DNA of 45,402 nucleotides from a virus (IMGVR_UViG_3300046396_000018:1-45402); one strand, 5' to 3'; positions 1 to 8,865 are shown, numbered from the stretch's first letter. A program made the numbers and translations. Notes: generated by a model not told the origin, from the letters alone.

Positions 1-127
1 ACGGGTGCGACTGGCTCTATAGGCGCCACTGGAGCGACTGGTCCAACCGGAGCAACAGGGGCTACCGGTCCGCAAGGGGCTACAGGAACAATGGATCCCA
101 ACGCGACCTGTACGACCTTAACGATTG
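1..127. repeat. Terminal direct repeat identical to 45276-45402 (circular assembly overlap; unit length ~45,275 bp)
   Basis: Exact match ACGGGTGCGACT...AACGATTG at both ends; 127 is a common assembler k-mer length. Confidence 0.95.
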
Positions 128-420
128 GGTCAGGGACCGGGATAGCCACGATTAAAGGCGTCAAGCTTTTCACATTGACGCTATCTCCCGCATCGGTCTT
201 ATCGGGGCTCACCGGTGAACAGACCTTTACCTGTACGGGACTAGCGACCACCGACCAAATCCTCTCCGTGACCAAACCCACCGCCCAAGCCGGGCTAGGG
301 ATCGTGGGGTCCAGAGTCGTCTCTGCAAACACTATCGGGATCACCTTCGTGAATACGACCGTGCTCTCCATTCTCCCGACGGCGGCTCAAGCATATACCG
401 TTGTGGCTCTCGCCTTCTAG
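1..420 (+). CDS. 3' part of a collagen-like fibre protein that starts at 44994 and wraps the join (~233 aa total)
   Basis: Frame 1 reads [17 protein letters not shown]... (Gly-X-Y) in frame with ORF 91..420 and with ATG 44994. Confidence 0.85.
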   Translation, partial: TGATGSIGATGATGPTGATGATGPQGATGTMDPNATCTTLTIGSGTGIATIKGVKLFTLTLSPASVLSGLTGEQTFTCTGLATTDQILSVTKPTAQAGLGIVGSRVVSANTIGITFVNTTVLSILPTAAQAYTVVALAF

Positions 421-432
421 CTCCCTTTTTCT

Positions 433-3192
433 ATGACGACCAACTGGCACTGGCTGCAAATCCGACGGGCGAAGCGGTTCACGGGTCCCGTCGTGGCGAA
501 CCAAACCCTCTATGGGGTGAATACCTTCGAGCCCCCCTATCTCGCCGCGCACGCCAATGTGATCACGACGGCGCAGTCGATGGGGGTCCAGGTGATTCGC
601 ACCGGGCTTACCTGGTCGAATATGCAAACCACCGTCGGGGGGAGCATCGATTGGTCTGAGTACGATGATATTTACAGTCGGTGCGTGGCGGCGCATATCA
701 CGCCGATCTTCGTCATTGAAACGACCCCGATCGCGTACAATACCTCTCCCTACGGCTTCTTTAACGGTTCACAGACGGTCTTCGCTATTCCGACCGTCAC
801 GGACCCCAAGTTTACCCAATGGGTGAGTGACCAAGCGGCCTGGGCGGCACAAGTCGTCGTCCGGTACCCGAAGGCCCTCTTTGAGTGGTGGAATGAGTGG
901 GCGAGTGCCTCAGGCTATTGGCGTGAGAATGACGTCACGGCGAATAAACCGACGGTCTCTGCGTATGCCACCGCCTATATGGCGTGCTATTCCGCCATGA
1001 AAGCGGCCAACCCAGCCTGTACCGTGGCTGTCGGGGGGCTCACGGCCGTCACCTTCTGGAGTGGGAGTAATGCGACCACTGGCGTCAACGTAGTCCCGCT
1101 CTTGACCGGGACTGGTGGGTTTGTCACCGATGCGTGGTCGATCCATCCCTATACCCACGATTCGAGCAACCCGAACCCGGCCTTAGACAATTACCCCACT
1201 TCCAACTCCTTTGACGACATCGCCCGCTTCCAGACCGCGATGATCGCGAATGGCCAAGGGAGTAAACCCTTGTGGGTCACCGAGTGGGGCCAGTATTCCG
1301 CGGCCGCGATCGGGAGCGAGTCCCTGAAAGCTGGCTACGTCACGACGAGCTTGAACTATATCCGCACGAAGTATGGGACCGGGATCGTGGGAGCCACGAA
1401 CGCCGGAGTCAGGATTGCGACGATTTATCCCTTGATCGATTCGTCCTCGTCTCCGACGGATACCGGGTTAGTCGGTCCGGCCACGAACGGTCCCTATACC
1501 CTCCATACGAGTGGGACCTCCTATCAAGCGTTTACGCATGCGCTTCCCTCGATCACGCCCGTGGCGACGACCGTGTTTGTGGCTCCGAGTAGCTTCACGA
1601 TCAGTACGATTGGCGGCACACAGGCATTAACGGCCACGGTCTTAGACCAGTTCCGACGCGTGATGACGAGCCCGACCGTCACCTGGTCGTCCAGTAATAA
1701 CACCATTGCGACGGTCAATAGCAGTACGGGGGTCGTGACCTCCGTGGCGAATGGCTCGGCGACGATCACGGCCACCTCCGGGAGCGCGACCGGCACCAGT
1801 GCCGCGACGGTCAATACCGTGTCGTCCGTCTCCATCTTCTACAATAGCCAGCCGGCCCTCCCGATGCTCTTCCGGATCGGGTCCACCTATACCCTGGTCG
1901 CCAAAGATCAGTCTGGCAATGTCCTCTCCGGGAGTGTCGGCACCTGGAGTTCGAGCGATGCGACCAACGCCCCAATCGGCGCCTCCACCGGCATTGCCGC
2001 CCCGAATGCGAGTCTCACCGGGTCGACCTTCACGTATACCCACACGGCCAGCGGCCACACCGGCACCGCGAGCGCCACGGTCCTGCCCGCGACCACGACG
2101 ATCGTGTCGGATCAGGCGACCAACTACGCGAACGATGCCGCCTTCCGGGCCGCGATTAGTAGTGGGGTCACCACCGGGACCTATACGACCCCAGCCCCAA
2201 CGGGCGGAGGGGGATCGCTCTATACGGACGGCGTGAACGAGGCCCTCATCACCTTGGACGCCACGCGGCTCTTCATGGGCAGCAAGTCATTCCTCATGAC
2301 CTTCCCGGGTGGGGAGCAGTCCTATACGTGGCTCGCCTCGAACTTCGCCGCGGGGCATACCAATATTGCGCGGGCGTGGGCATTGGTCGTCAAACGGTAC
2401 GATAGTGGCTTCACCCCAGTCGGATCGGGTGTGGGAGGTGCAGCCTCCTACAAGGACTTCGGGATGGTCTGGGGGAATGAACCGTCCGGCGCGGGACGCA
2501 TTACCTATACCAATACCACCGATATTGATGTCTCGGCGGATGTGGTGTCGAGTGGGTCGTTAGTGGGGGGCTTCTCCGAAACGAAAGTCGGGAATGAGAC
2601 AACAGAATGGAGTAGCCAAAACTGGTTCGCGGATGTGTACCTCTACGAAGCGATTAGCGTCTCCTTGATGTCGGCCCGGCTCTGGCGGTTCTATCTGGGG
2701 AATAATCCGAATGTTTCTCCCCTCCTCAGTCCCACGGTTATCCAAGGGGCGTGTAATGCGGGGGTCACACTGGCCTTAGCCAGCGGTCTCCAACCCTTCG
2801 GGATCAACTACAACCAAACCCGGAACGTCGGCCAAATCCTCTACAAGAATATCGGGTACTACGAAGCGGTCGACGGAGTGGTCTATGGCGATCCCTACGG
2901 CCTGTTGAACGATACGAGTACTCCGACCTTGACCGGCATCTCCGGTGGTACCGTGACGCATGGCACGAATAATAATTCGATCGTGTTGACCGGAACCAAC
3001 TTCACCGTGAACTGTTGGCCAAGCTTCTCGAACGCCAAGATTTACCCGCAGTCCGTGACGGTCAATTCGACCACGCAAATCACCGTGGTGGTCAATGTGG
3101 ACGCCACGGCCACGACGGGCGCGGGGACGGTCAGTATCACGAATAACAGTTCGCAGCACACAACCTCTACCCAAGTGGTCACGGTCGTATGA
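433..3192 (+). CDS. Multidomain virion glycosidase: clan GH-A (GH5/GH39-like) TIM barrel, Big_2 Ig-like domains, a beta-sandwich/lyase-like domain and a C-terminal IPT/TIG-like domain
   Basis: Motifs FEWWNE, WSIHPY and LWVTEWG (acid/base and nucleophile Glu); VTWSSSNNTIATVNSSTGVVTSVANGSATITATS is typical Big_2. Confidence 0.8.
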   Translation: MTTNWHWLQIRRAKRFTGPVVANQTLYGVNTFEPPYLAAHANVITTAQSMGVQVIRTGLTWSNMQTTVGGSIDWSEYDDIYSRCVAAHITPIFVIETTPIAYNTSPYGFFNGSQTVFAIPTVTDPKFTQWVSDQAAWAAQVVVRYPKALFEWWNEWASASGYWRENDVTANKPTVSAYATAYMACYSAMKAANPACTVAVGGLTAVTFWSGSNATTGVNVVPLLTGTGGFVTDAWSIHPYTHDSSNPNPALDNYPTSNSFDDIARFQTAMIANGQGSKPLWVTEWGQYSAAAIGSESLKAGYVTTSLNYIRTKYGTGIVGATNAGVRIATIYPLIDSSSSPTDTGLVGPATNGPYTLHTSGTSYQAFTHALPSITPVATTVFVAPSSFTISTIGGTQALTATVLDQFRRVMTSPTVTWSSSNNTIATVNSSTGVVTSVANGSATITATSGSATGTSAATVNTVSSVSIFYNSQPALPMLFRIGSTYTLVAKDQSGNVLSGSVGTWSSSDATNAPIGASTGIAAPNASLTGSTFTYTHTASGHTGTASATVLPATTTIVSDQATNYANDAAFRAAISSGVTTGTYTTPAPTGGGGSLYTDGVNEALITLDATRLFMGSKSFLMTFPGGEQSYTWLASNFAAGHTNIARAWALVVKRYDSGFTPVGSGVGGAASYKDFGMVWGNEPSGAGRITYTNTTDIDVSADVVSSGSLVGGFSETKVGNETTEWSSQNWFADVYLYEAISVSLMSARLWRFYLGNNPNVSPLLSPTVIQGACNAGVTLALASGLQPFGINYNQTRNVGQILYKNIGYYEAVDGVVYGDPYGLLNDTSTPTLTGISGGTVTHGTNNNSIVLTGTNFTVNCWPSFSNAKIYPQSVTVNSTTQITVVVNVDATATTGAGTVSITNNSSQHTTSTQVVTVV

Positions 3193-4103
3193 GCCTAGAT
3201 CCCCTGACAACCATTCTCGCCCAGTGCACGGCCATCAACGCGAGCACGGCGGCGATCCAAGCGCAGGTGGCCGCGCTTCAAGCCGCACCAGCCCCTCCAA
3301 CCGCCCCAAGCGGCTCGACTGGCCTTTCCCCCTTCCGGATCGCTGGGGACGATTTTACGGGCTATTCCGGCCAAACAGCGAACCTTCAGAAGGTCATTAC
3401 GCCGAATATTGGCGGGACCGGGGGCGGAACCCTGCTCTACACAGATGGGGTGGCCCCGCAACTGGCATCTATCGACGCGAGTGTGCTCTATAACGGCCAT
3501 CCGACCATGAAGTACACCCAGCCGGGTGGGGGCGCTAGCACACCGGAGTTATGGGCGGGGCTTGGGAGCCAGACCTATACCCATCTCTGGCTCCGGGCGA
3601 AGATCCGCTTCTCGCCGGGCTTCACGACCACTGGCACACTCACGAATAGCGCGAACGCCTATAAGTTACTCGGCTGGGCCTGGGCGAACTACTACGGCAG
3701 CGGACGGCTGGAGATCTCGAACACCAATCAGTACCAGCTATATTGGACGGCGCTCGATAAGACCACGAGCGCGACCGTGGGAAGTGGCGCGACCGTTGGG
3801 ATTGCGGGCACTATCACGACCGAGTGGACCGACGGGGGATGGTATGATTACATCGTGGAAGTGAACTACGCCCAACCCACTGGGATCGTGCGCTTATGGA
3901 TGGACAAGGACGGACAAACACCAGTCCTTCGCACCACGATCTCCGGGACGATGCAGAATAGTCTCGCGATGCCCGCCCTCAATCAGGTGATGCTGGGGAT
4001 GAACTTCAACCAGGTCCGCACGGCAGGGCAGACGCAAGCGCTCTGGTACGGCCAATGGGAAGTGATCGATGGCAGTGCCCATCCCAACCCGTATAGCCTA
4101 TAG
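3189..4103 (+). CDS. Coiled-coil N-terminus plus ConA-like/polysaccharide-lyase-like beta-sandwich; paralog of residues ~570-830 of the upstream protein
   Basis: ATGA overlap with the upstream gene; LWLRAKIRFSPGF...YKL...W..IVEV...GIVRLWMD pattern; collinear similarity to the neighbour. Confidence 0.6.
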   Translation: MSLDPLTTILAQCTAINASTAAIQAQVAALQAAPAPPTAPSGSTGLSPFRIAGDDFTGYSGQTANLQKVITPNIGGTGGGTLLYTDGVAPQLASIDASVLYNGHPTMKYTQPGGGASTPELWAGLGSQTYTHLWLRAKIRFSPGFTTTGTLTNSANAYKLLGWAWANYYGSGRLEISNTNQYQLYWTALDKTTSATVGSGATVGIAGTITTEWTDGGWYDYIVEVNYAQPTGIVRLWMDKDGQTPVLRTTISGTMQNSLAMPALNQVMLGMNFNQVRTAGQTQALWYGQWEVIDGSAHPNPYSL

Positions 4104-4865
4104 TGGACGGGGTCGTAACCGACAGGCGACGTTGTTCACACACAGTTCCCGGAGGAGGGGGATCTTGTCGACCACCGGGAGCTTCTTAATCGTCGTATAC
4201 TCTTGCCACTCGACCGTAAACCACGGTTGGTCAGCAAGGAGCTGTTCCCATTTTCGGAGGGAGAGCTTCCCAAGTCCCGCCTCGTGGTAGGACGTTGGGG
4301 TGCCATCGTGACGATAGCGTTGGCGGACGGTGAGGACGGTGTGTTCCGAGAAGAGTAGATGCACCCACGGCACCGGCGTAAAGAAGTACATGTGTGCTCC
4401 CCAAGGGGAGTACCACGGTGGCCCGAAGGAGATGAGTACCTGTCCCTCTGGGCGCAGGATGGTATGCATGTCATGTAGGACTTGCCGGGGATCTTGGATA
4501 TGCTCAAAGCAGTCCAGGGAAATGATGACGTCCACCGGCGGCGTGATAAGCGTCGTGGTGAATGCGACTTGTGCGTCTGGATGGTCATGGGCCGCGCGAA
4601 TCCGGGCCCGATTGACCGTCTCGGGATTCACATCCACACCCGTGACAAATAAGGCGCCCTGCTCTGCTAAGGCCACCGCTTGGTAGCCGCCCCCGCACCC
4701 GAAATCCACGACGCGCTTCCCTTGGATACGCTGGATGAGGTCCGGGAAGGCCCGTTTGAGGGTGATGAGTGGATCGGTCTGTTCCCAGCGATCATCCCCA
4801 CTGGACTGATCCACCGCGTCGACAGGATGCGAGAGGGCCTTAAGGATGGAGATCCCGAGAGTCAT
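4098..4865 (-). CDS. Class I SAM-dependent methyltransferase (255 aa; start revised to ATG 4865)
   Basis: VVDFGCGGG motif I, VTGVD, DVIISLDCFEHI, LRPEG; ATGA overlap with VRR-NUC stop. Confidence 0.9.
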   Translation of the reverse strand: MTLGISILKALSHPVDAVDQSSGDDRWEQTDPLITLKRAFPDLIQRIQGKRVVDFGCGGGYQAVALAEQGALFVTGVDVNPETVNRARIRAAHDHPDAQVAFTTTLITPPVDVIISLDCFEHIQDPRQVLHDMHTILRPEGQVLISFGPPWYSPWGAHMYFFTPVPWVHLLFSEHTVLTVRQRYRHDGTPTSYHEAGLGKLSLRKWEQLLADQPWFTVEWQEYTTIKKLPVVDKIPLLRELCVNNVACRLRPRPL

Positions 4866-5275
4866 ACTGTGGCTGGGAACGGGGGCAGGGAGAGATAGGT
4901 CATTAGTGTATCTCGCGCTTCTTCCCACCCGAAACAGACCACGACTTTGTAGCCTTGCTCGATTAACCGCATATGCCATTCGCGCTGTTCCGGGGCGATG
5001 CGGCCGCCTTTCGTGCGCTTCATTTCGATCCGGAGACCATAGAATAGTCCTCGGGCCACATCCAGTCCTAAGTCCGGATAGCCTTTCTTGAGTCCTCCGG
5101 CTTTGAGTTTCCCTGCTGAGGATTTCGAGAGGAGATAGCCCCCATTGGGAATCGCATAGAGCCACGCGAGATCCGGATAGCAGACGAGACTCATCGATGC
5201 CCACGTAAACAGTCTTGCTTGCTCGACAAACTCGGTCGGGACGAGTTGCTGCCTGGCCATGGCGAGCGTGGTCAT
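4862..5275 (-). CDS. VRR-NUC domain nuclease (Holliday-junction resolvase-like)
   Basis: AIPNGG...GYPDL...IEMKR..GGR.APEQ.EW...L...GY.V.VC. Confidence 0.92.
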   Translation of the reverse strand: MTTLAMARQQLVPTEFVEQARLFTWASMSLVCYPDLAWLYAIPNGGYLLSKSSAGKLKAGGLKKGYPDLGLDVARGLFYGLRIEMKRTKGGRIAPEQREWHMRLIEQGYKVVVCFGWEEARDTLMTYLSLPPFPATV

Positions 5276-5466
5276 TCAGTCGGTTCCTGTTGCATGTACT
5301 CCACCATGAATTGCGCGTCTCCAGGATTTTGCCAGAAGCTCGCGGTGTGGTAGGCCTGTTGGTGCGTCACGGGGTCTGGGGCGCCAATGATCTGGACGTA
5401 GCCGGTGATCCGTAAGGGTCGTGGCAGGGCATCGAGGATGGCCCGGAGTTCGTCAGGGGATCTCAT
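5272..5466 (-). CDS. Hypothetical protein
   Basis: 4-bp overlaps with both neighbours. Confidence 0.6.
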   Translation of the reverse strand: MRSPDELRAILDALPRPLRITGYVQIIGAPDPVTHQQAYHTASFWQNPGDAQFMVEYMQQEPTE

Positions 5467-5738
5467 AGATCGGTGTGGGTGAGGGCGGTGATGGCATGGT
5501 CACGTTTGATCGAGCATGGTCCGCATAGATATATGCTTTTCTCCAGACCACGGCGATCGCCGCAACGAATCGCTCCGCAAGAAGTGCCACATCCTTTCAC
5601 CGCATTTTGTAACGCCGTGAGCTGCTCTCTGAGCGATACGATATGCGCTAAGTCCGACCGATAGAGGCCCTTGGTGTCCTCGTGGAGCTTGGTGAGCCAC
5701 GCGATGTAATCCACAGGCTGGCTAGCGGGCATGGTCAT
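5463..5738 (-). CDS. Hypothetical Cys-rich protein (start revised to 5738)
   Basis: ATGA coupling; Cys cluster at C-terminus. Confidence 0.55.
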   Translation of the reverse strand: MTMPASQPVDYIAWLTKLHEDTKGLYRSDLAHIVSLREQLTALQNAVKGCGTSCGAIRCGDRRGLEKSIYLCGPCSIKRDHAITALTHTDL

Positions 5739-6211
5739 GGCTGCCACCGTGGCGCTGAGGCTCCGGCGATCTGATCCAGTAGGGCCTGTCGTTCCTGCTC
5801 CAACTCTGTAACCCGATCCGAAAGCCAGACCATCGCATCTCGCCAGTTTTTCCCGTCGTCCGGCTTGCTCCAAAATCGGGCGTTCGCAATCCAGTGGGTG
5901 ACATACTCTGGCATCTCCGGCGCGGCCTGGGAGGCGGCATGGGGTTGAGGAACCATCATCACTGTGACCTGCATTGGGAATGTTGCTTTCGGTGGAACGG
6001 GATCATAATCCAATTCCTCTTCATCCCCCGCCGCGTGGGGTGGGACGGGAGACGGATTCACCAGCTCAGGGCCATACTTCGCATAGCGCGCCAGCCGCCA
6101 TGACAAGGCCCGATGTGCCTGGGCGGATTCGGAGTATTCATGCTGGGCGGCGGTGAAGGCGATCTGAGAGGCCATGGTCATGTCGGTCTTGAACTGTTCG
6201 CTAGTTTTCAT
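5735..6211 (-). CDS. Hypothetical protein (start revised to MKTSEQ, 6211)
   Basis: GAGAG RBS-like upstream; operon tiling. Confidence 0.55.
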   Translation of the reverse strand: MKTSEQFKTDMTMASQIAFTAAQHEYSESAQAHRALSWRLARYAKYGPELVNPSPVPPHAAGDEEELDYDPVPPKATFPMQVTVMMVPQPHAASQAAPEMPEYVTHWIANARFWSKPDDGKNWRDAMVWLSDRVTELEQERQALLDQIAGASAPRWQP

Positions 6212-6410
6212 GGTTCGTCTCTCTCGGGGTGGCGGCCAGTGCGAGATTTGCTTCGCGATGCTTGCTATGCCAGAGACGATCGCAGTCACGGCATTCCACG
6301 ACGGCATGGCGCTTTATGCGGCTCTTTGCAAGAACGTTGATGTGATGGCTGCAACAATCTGGACAGCGGAACAGTGGTCCGCGACGAATACCGCCGTTGT
6401 CTTTACCCAT
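6201..6410 (-). CDS. Small zinc-ribbon protein
   Basis: CPDC...CRDC; operon tiling. Confidence 0.55.
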   Translation of the reverse strand: MGKDNGGIRRGPLFRCPDCCSHHINVLAKSRIKRHAVVECRDCDRLWHSKHREANLALAATPRETNHEN

Positions 6411-6783
6411 TGCTACCTTCCGGGGTAGCGGCCATGGTGGCGTTAGGAGTGGGGAGGTCTGGAATCCGCATCCAGTGCGTTGGCACCATCTTCTCGTTGA
6501 AATCGTTTCCGCCGAGGATCTTCCAAATCTGGGCATCGGAGTCATACCACGCCACGAACGCAATCCAACTAAACGGTACGTACACTAAAACTGGGATTTG
6601 TTTCGGTGCTGTTCCGATCGGTTGCCAGTCCACCCGCCGCGTATCGGCGAGCGCGGTGCGGAGCAGTTGACAGAGCATACCAACAGTTTTGGCCCCGAAT
6701 GTATGCCCAGCACGCAAATCATCTTCAATGAGGGCTATATCCTGGAGGATGTCTGCTGGGTCCATCGGCGAGGCGTCAGGCAC
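6403..6783 (-). CDS. DUF551-like phage protein (start uncertain, 6765-6804)
   Basis: WQPIGTAPK...VLVY...PTHWMRIPDLP. Confidence 0.75.
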   Translation of the reverse strand: MPDASPMDPADILQDIALIEDDLRAGHTFGAKTVGMLCQLLRTALADTRRVDWQPIGTAPKQIPVLVYVPFSWIAFVAWYDSDAQIWKILGGNDFNEKMVPTHWMRIPDLPTPNATMAATPEGSNG

Positions 6784-7123
6784 GGATGTCCTGCAATATC
6801 TCATGCAGCATAGCGTTAAATTGAGGAGCAGGATTAGTATGGCTATAGGGGAATTGATCGATCAGCGGGATCATGTGTCGGTTCACGATTTGAGCACACC
6901 GTTCGGTCTCTGCCTGGACGAGGGCCGCGAGCCGATCATGGATGGCGGCACGGGCTTTGTGATATTGCTCCATGTCGACCTGATCCCCAGTAGCGTGATA
7001 GCGTCCGGCGTCGTGGTCTAGATCGTTGAGCAGGTCATCCAGCGCTGCCGTGTCCCCGGTGTCGGGGTGGGACGTTAATGCGATACGACGATATTCCATC
7101 GCTTGCAGTTCATCATCAGTCAT
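6776..7123 (-). CDS. Hypothetical protein
   Basis: ORF tiling; ETERCAQIV motif common in small phage proteins. Confidence 0.6.
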   Translation of the reverse strand: MTDDELQAMEYRRIALTSHPDTGDTAALDDLLNDLDHDAGRYHATGDQVDMEQYHKARAAIHDRLAALVQAETERCAQIVNRHMIPLIDQFPYSHTNPAPQFNAMLHEILQDIRA

Positions 7124-7124
7124 G

Positions 7125-7328
7125 TTAGTCCCGCGCCTTCTGAGCGCCAATGAGGGGAGAGTAAAGCGATGACCACTCAGTCATCACCGCACAGATGCTC
7201 ATGTGCTCCCCGGCGGCCTTGTCTTGGATTCTGCGCTTAAGATCAGGTGGGAGAGTGCGAAAGATTGTCAGAAGCGTGGCCGTATCTGCTTTCGTCCCTC
7301 CGACGGGCGCGGGCGGCTGGGGCGTCAT
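7125..7328 (-). CDS. Hypothetical protein, possibly ribbon-helix-helix-like
   Basis: LPPDLKRRIQDKAAGEHMSICAVM resembles RHH helices. Confidence 0.45.
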   Translation of the reverse strand: MTPQPPAPVGGTKADTATLLTIFRTLPPDLKRRIQDKAAGEHMSICAVMTEWSSLYSPLIGAQKARD

Positions 7329-7597
7329 CGTGAATACTCCCCGTTGAACCGATCCAAAGCAGTTGCGACGCGAGCGGCAAGACGATCTAAGCTCTCGATT
7401 TCCGCGACATACAGAGCGGCTAGGGCAATAAGAGCGTCTCGCTGTTGGATCACGTCACGTGGCCGATTGGCGCGGTCTTCAAACTTGCGTCGCCATTCGT
7501 TCCAATCACCATGATTGTGCTGATTATCATGCTCTGGGCCACCCCATTGAGCGTCCTGACGGTCACGTTCGGCTTGAATGTCTTCGTAGATAGTCAT
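7325..7597 (-). CDS. MazG-like all-alpha phage protein
   Basis: IQAERDRQDAQWG...HD...W...ALIALAALYVAEIESLD pattern. Confidence 0.5.
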   Translation of the reverse strand: MTIYEDIQAERDRQDAQWGGPEHDNQHNHGDWNEWRRKFEDRANRPRDVIQQRDALIALAALYVAEIESLDRLAARVATALDRFNGEYSR

Positions 7598-7842
7598 TTG
7601 CTCAAATTTCCTGGTGCCCCGTCCGGGGGGAGCGACAATCCTTTCGTCGTGGTCCGAACAAAGATATGCAACTCGTTGAGTCGCTTGATGGTGGCATTGA
7701 CGACACCTGCCGGATCATCAGTGTCTGGCGTGGTCGGATCGTGATAGACATACACCTCAGTCCTGAGCCACTCAATCGCCCTACGGCATTCTTCGAGATA
7801 CTCGGGATCGTGGAAGGATCGCCATTCTCTTGTCTCTGTCAC
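7594..7842 (-). CDS. Hypothetical protein (GTG start 7842)
   Basis: GGAG RBS; GTGA overlap with upstream stop. Confidence 0.55.
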   Translation of the reverse strand: MTETREWRSFHDPEYLEECRRAIEWLRTEVYVYHDPTTPDTDDPAGVVNATIKRLNELHIFVRTTTKGLSLPPDGAPGNLSK

Positions 7843-8003
7843 GGGGCTCTCCTGACTGGGGGAGACGAAACCTTCATTCTCGGATGGTGCTCTCGCCACG
7901 CCGCATCTCGGCAGGACCGCTCGCAGAACTTCTGCCATGACGTGCGCCATGCAAATATCCGTTTACACCGGAGACACTGTCGCTGGTGGGCTGACTTACG
8001 CAT
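7839..8003 (-). CDS. Small Cys4 zinc-binding protein (54 aa; 3' end of the listed Pro-rich ORF)
   Basis: CLRC...FCERSCR. Confidence 0.55.
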   Translation of the reverse strand: MRKSAHQRQCLRCKRIFAWRTSWQKFCERSCRDAAWREHHPRMKVSSPPVRRAP

Positions 8004-8796
8004 GGACGGGGACAGGTGAGGCCGCCAGAATCTTGAGTAGCATATCACGTTGCGCGAGGCGATGGGTTCGCCGAGCGGCGGCGTCGGCGGCGTAGGAGGC
8101 GGCGGCGTCGGCGGCGGCGGCGGCGTAGGCGGCGTCGGCGTCGGCGTAGGCGGCGGCGTAGGCGTAGGCGGCGGCGGCGGCGGCGTAGGCGGCGGCGTAG
8201 GCGGCGGCGTAGGCGGCGTCGGCGGCGTAGGAGGCGGCGTCGGCGGCGGCGTCGGCGGCGTAGGAGGCGTAGGAGGCGGCGTCGGCGGCGGCGTAGGCGG
8301 CGTCGGCGGCGGCGCGATACTCACTGCGTTCGGTCGCGCCAGTTTGATACAGCAAGACGATCGTATCCAGTGCGGCCCGTTGTTTATCAGTACGGCAATA
8401 CTGACGTACCCCATGCGTTGGATCACTCAGGAGCCAGATACAGAAGGTCGGCCAGACTTGGGAGAGATCCGCCCCCACCGGAATGGCCTCTAGGAATTGG
8501 AGAGGGAAGGCTTTCGCTTCCCCATTGGGCAGTCCTTCAAATAGACCGTCTTCAATTCTGGCGATGATCCGTGGGATCCCGAGCTGGGTTTCGTAGGCGG
8601 CATGGTCTGATCCATGGATCGTGCATCCCACCGCACAGCCCTTCCCATGTTCCCAATAAAATCCCTTCTCAATCTCATCAGCGGCCGCATGTGCCCGGAG
8701 CCGGTTGAGATACTGCTCCTTGATGGCCGGATCGCCATGGAAGGCGCGCAGTTCGGTGTGGAACAGTCCGGCCGGTGCGATGATGAGATCAGACAT
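7996..8796 (-). CDS. Phage protein with Ala/Asp/Tyr low-complexity repeat
   Basis: Globular N-terminus (AFHGDP.IK..Y...GCAVGC) followed by an AADAAY-type repeat. Confidence 0.8.
   Translation of the reverse strand: MSDLIIAPAGLFHTELRAFHGDPAIKEQYLNRLRAHAAADEIEKGFYWEHGKGCAVGCTIHGSDHAAYETQLGIPRIIARIEDGLFEGLPNGEAKAFPLQFLEAIPVGADLSQVWPTFCIWLLSDPTHGVRQYCRTDKQRAALDTIVLLYQTGATERSEYRAAADAAYAAADAASYASYAADAAADAASYAADAAYAAAYAAAYAAAAAAYAYAAAYADADAAYAAAAADAAASYAADAAARRTHRLAQRDMLLKILAASPVPVHA
8076..8314. repeat. GCC-based minisatellite (GCC GCC GAC/TAC units on the - strand) encoding the Ala-rich tract
   Basis: Run of ggc with gta/gtc/gga interruptions. Confidence 0.9.
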
Positions 8797-8814
8797 GATG
8801 AGTGAGTGAAAGAT

Positions 8815-8865
8815 GTTGCATCGTTCGTTGCATCGTCAATATGGGGCCTGTTGCGCGTTTGTCAA
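8815..8865 (-). promoter_or_regulatory. Sigma70-like promoter with GTTGC direct repeats
   Basis: - strand TTGACA (8860-8865), 16 bp, CATATT (8838-8843); GTTGCATCGT at 8815 and 8827, GTTGCGCGTT at 8850. Confidence 0.6.

Noticed and set aside
1-127. Biological direct terminal repeat
   Set aside because: Length equals a common assembler k-mer and it falls mid-gene; best read as a circularisation overlap
4866-5204. N-terminal extension of the 368-aa methyltransferase ORF
   Set aside because: Overlaps VRR-NUC in another frame; ATGA coupling supports start 4865
7839-8493. Pro/Thr-rich (7839..8426) and Gly/Val-rich (8050..8493) ORFs
   Set aside because: Alternative readings of the GCC repeat in the Ala-rich gene; only the last 54 aa of the first looks real
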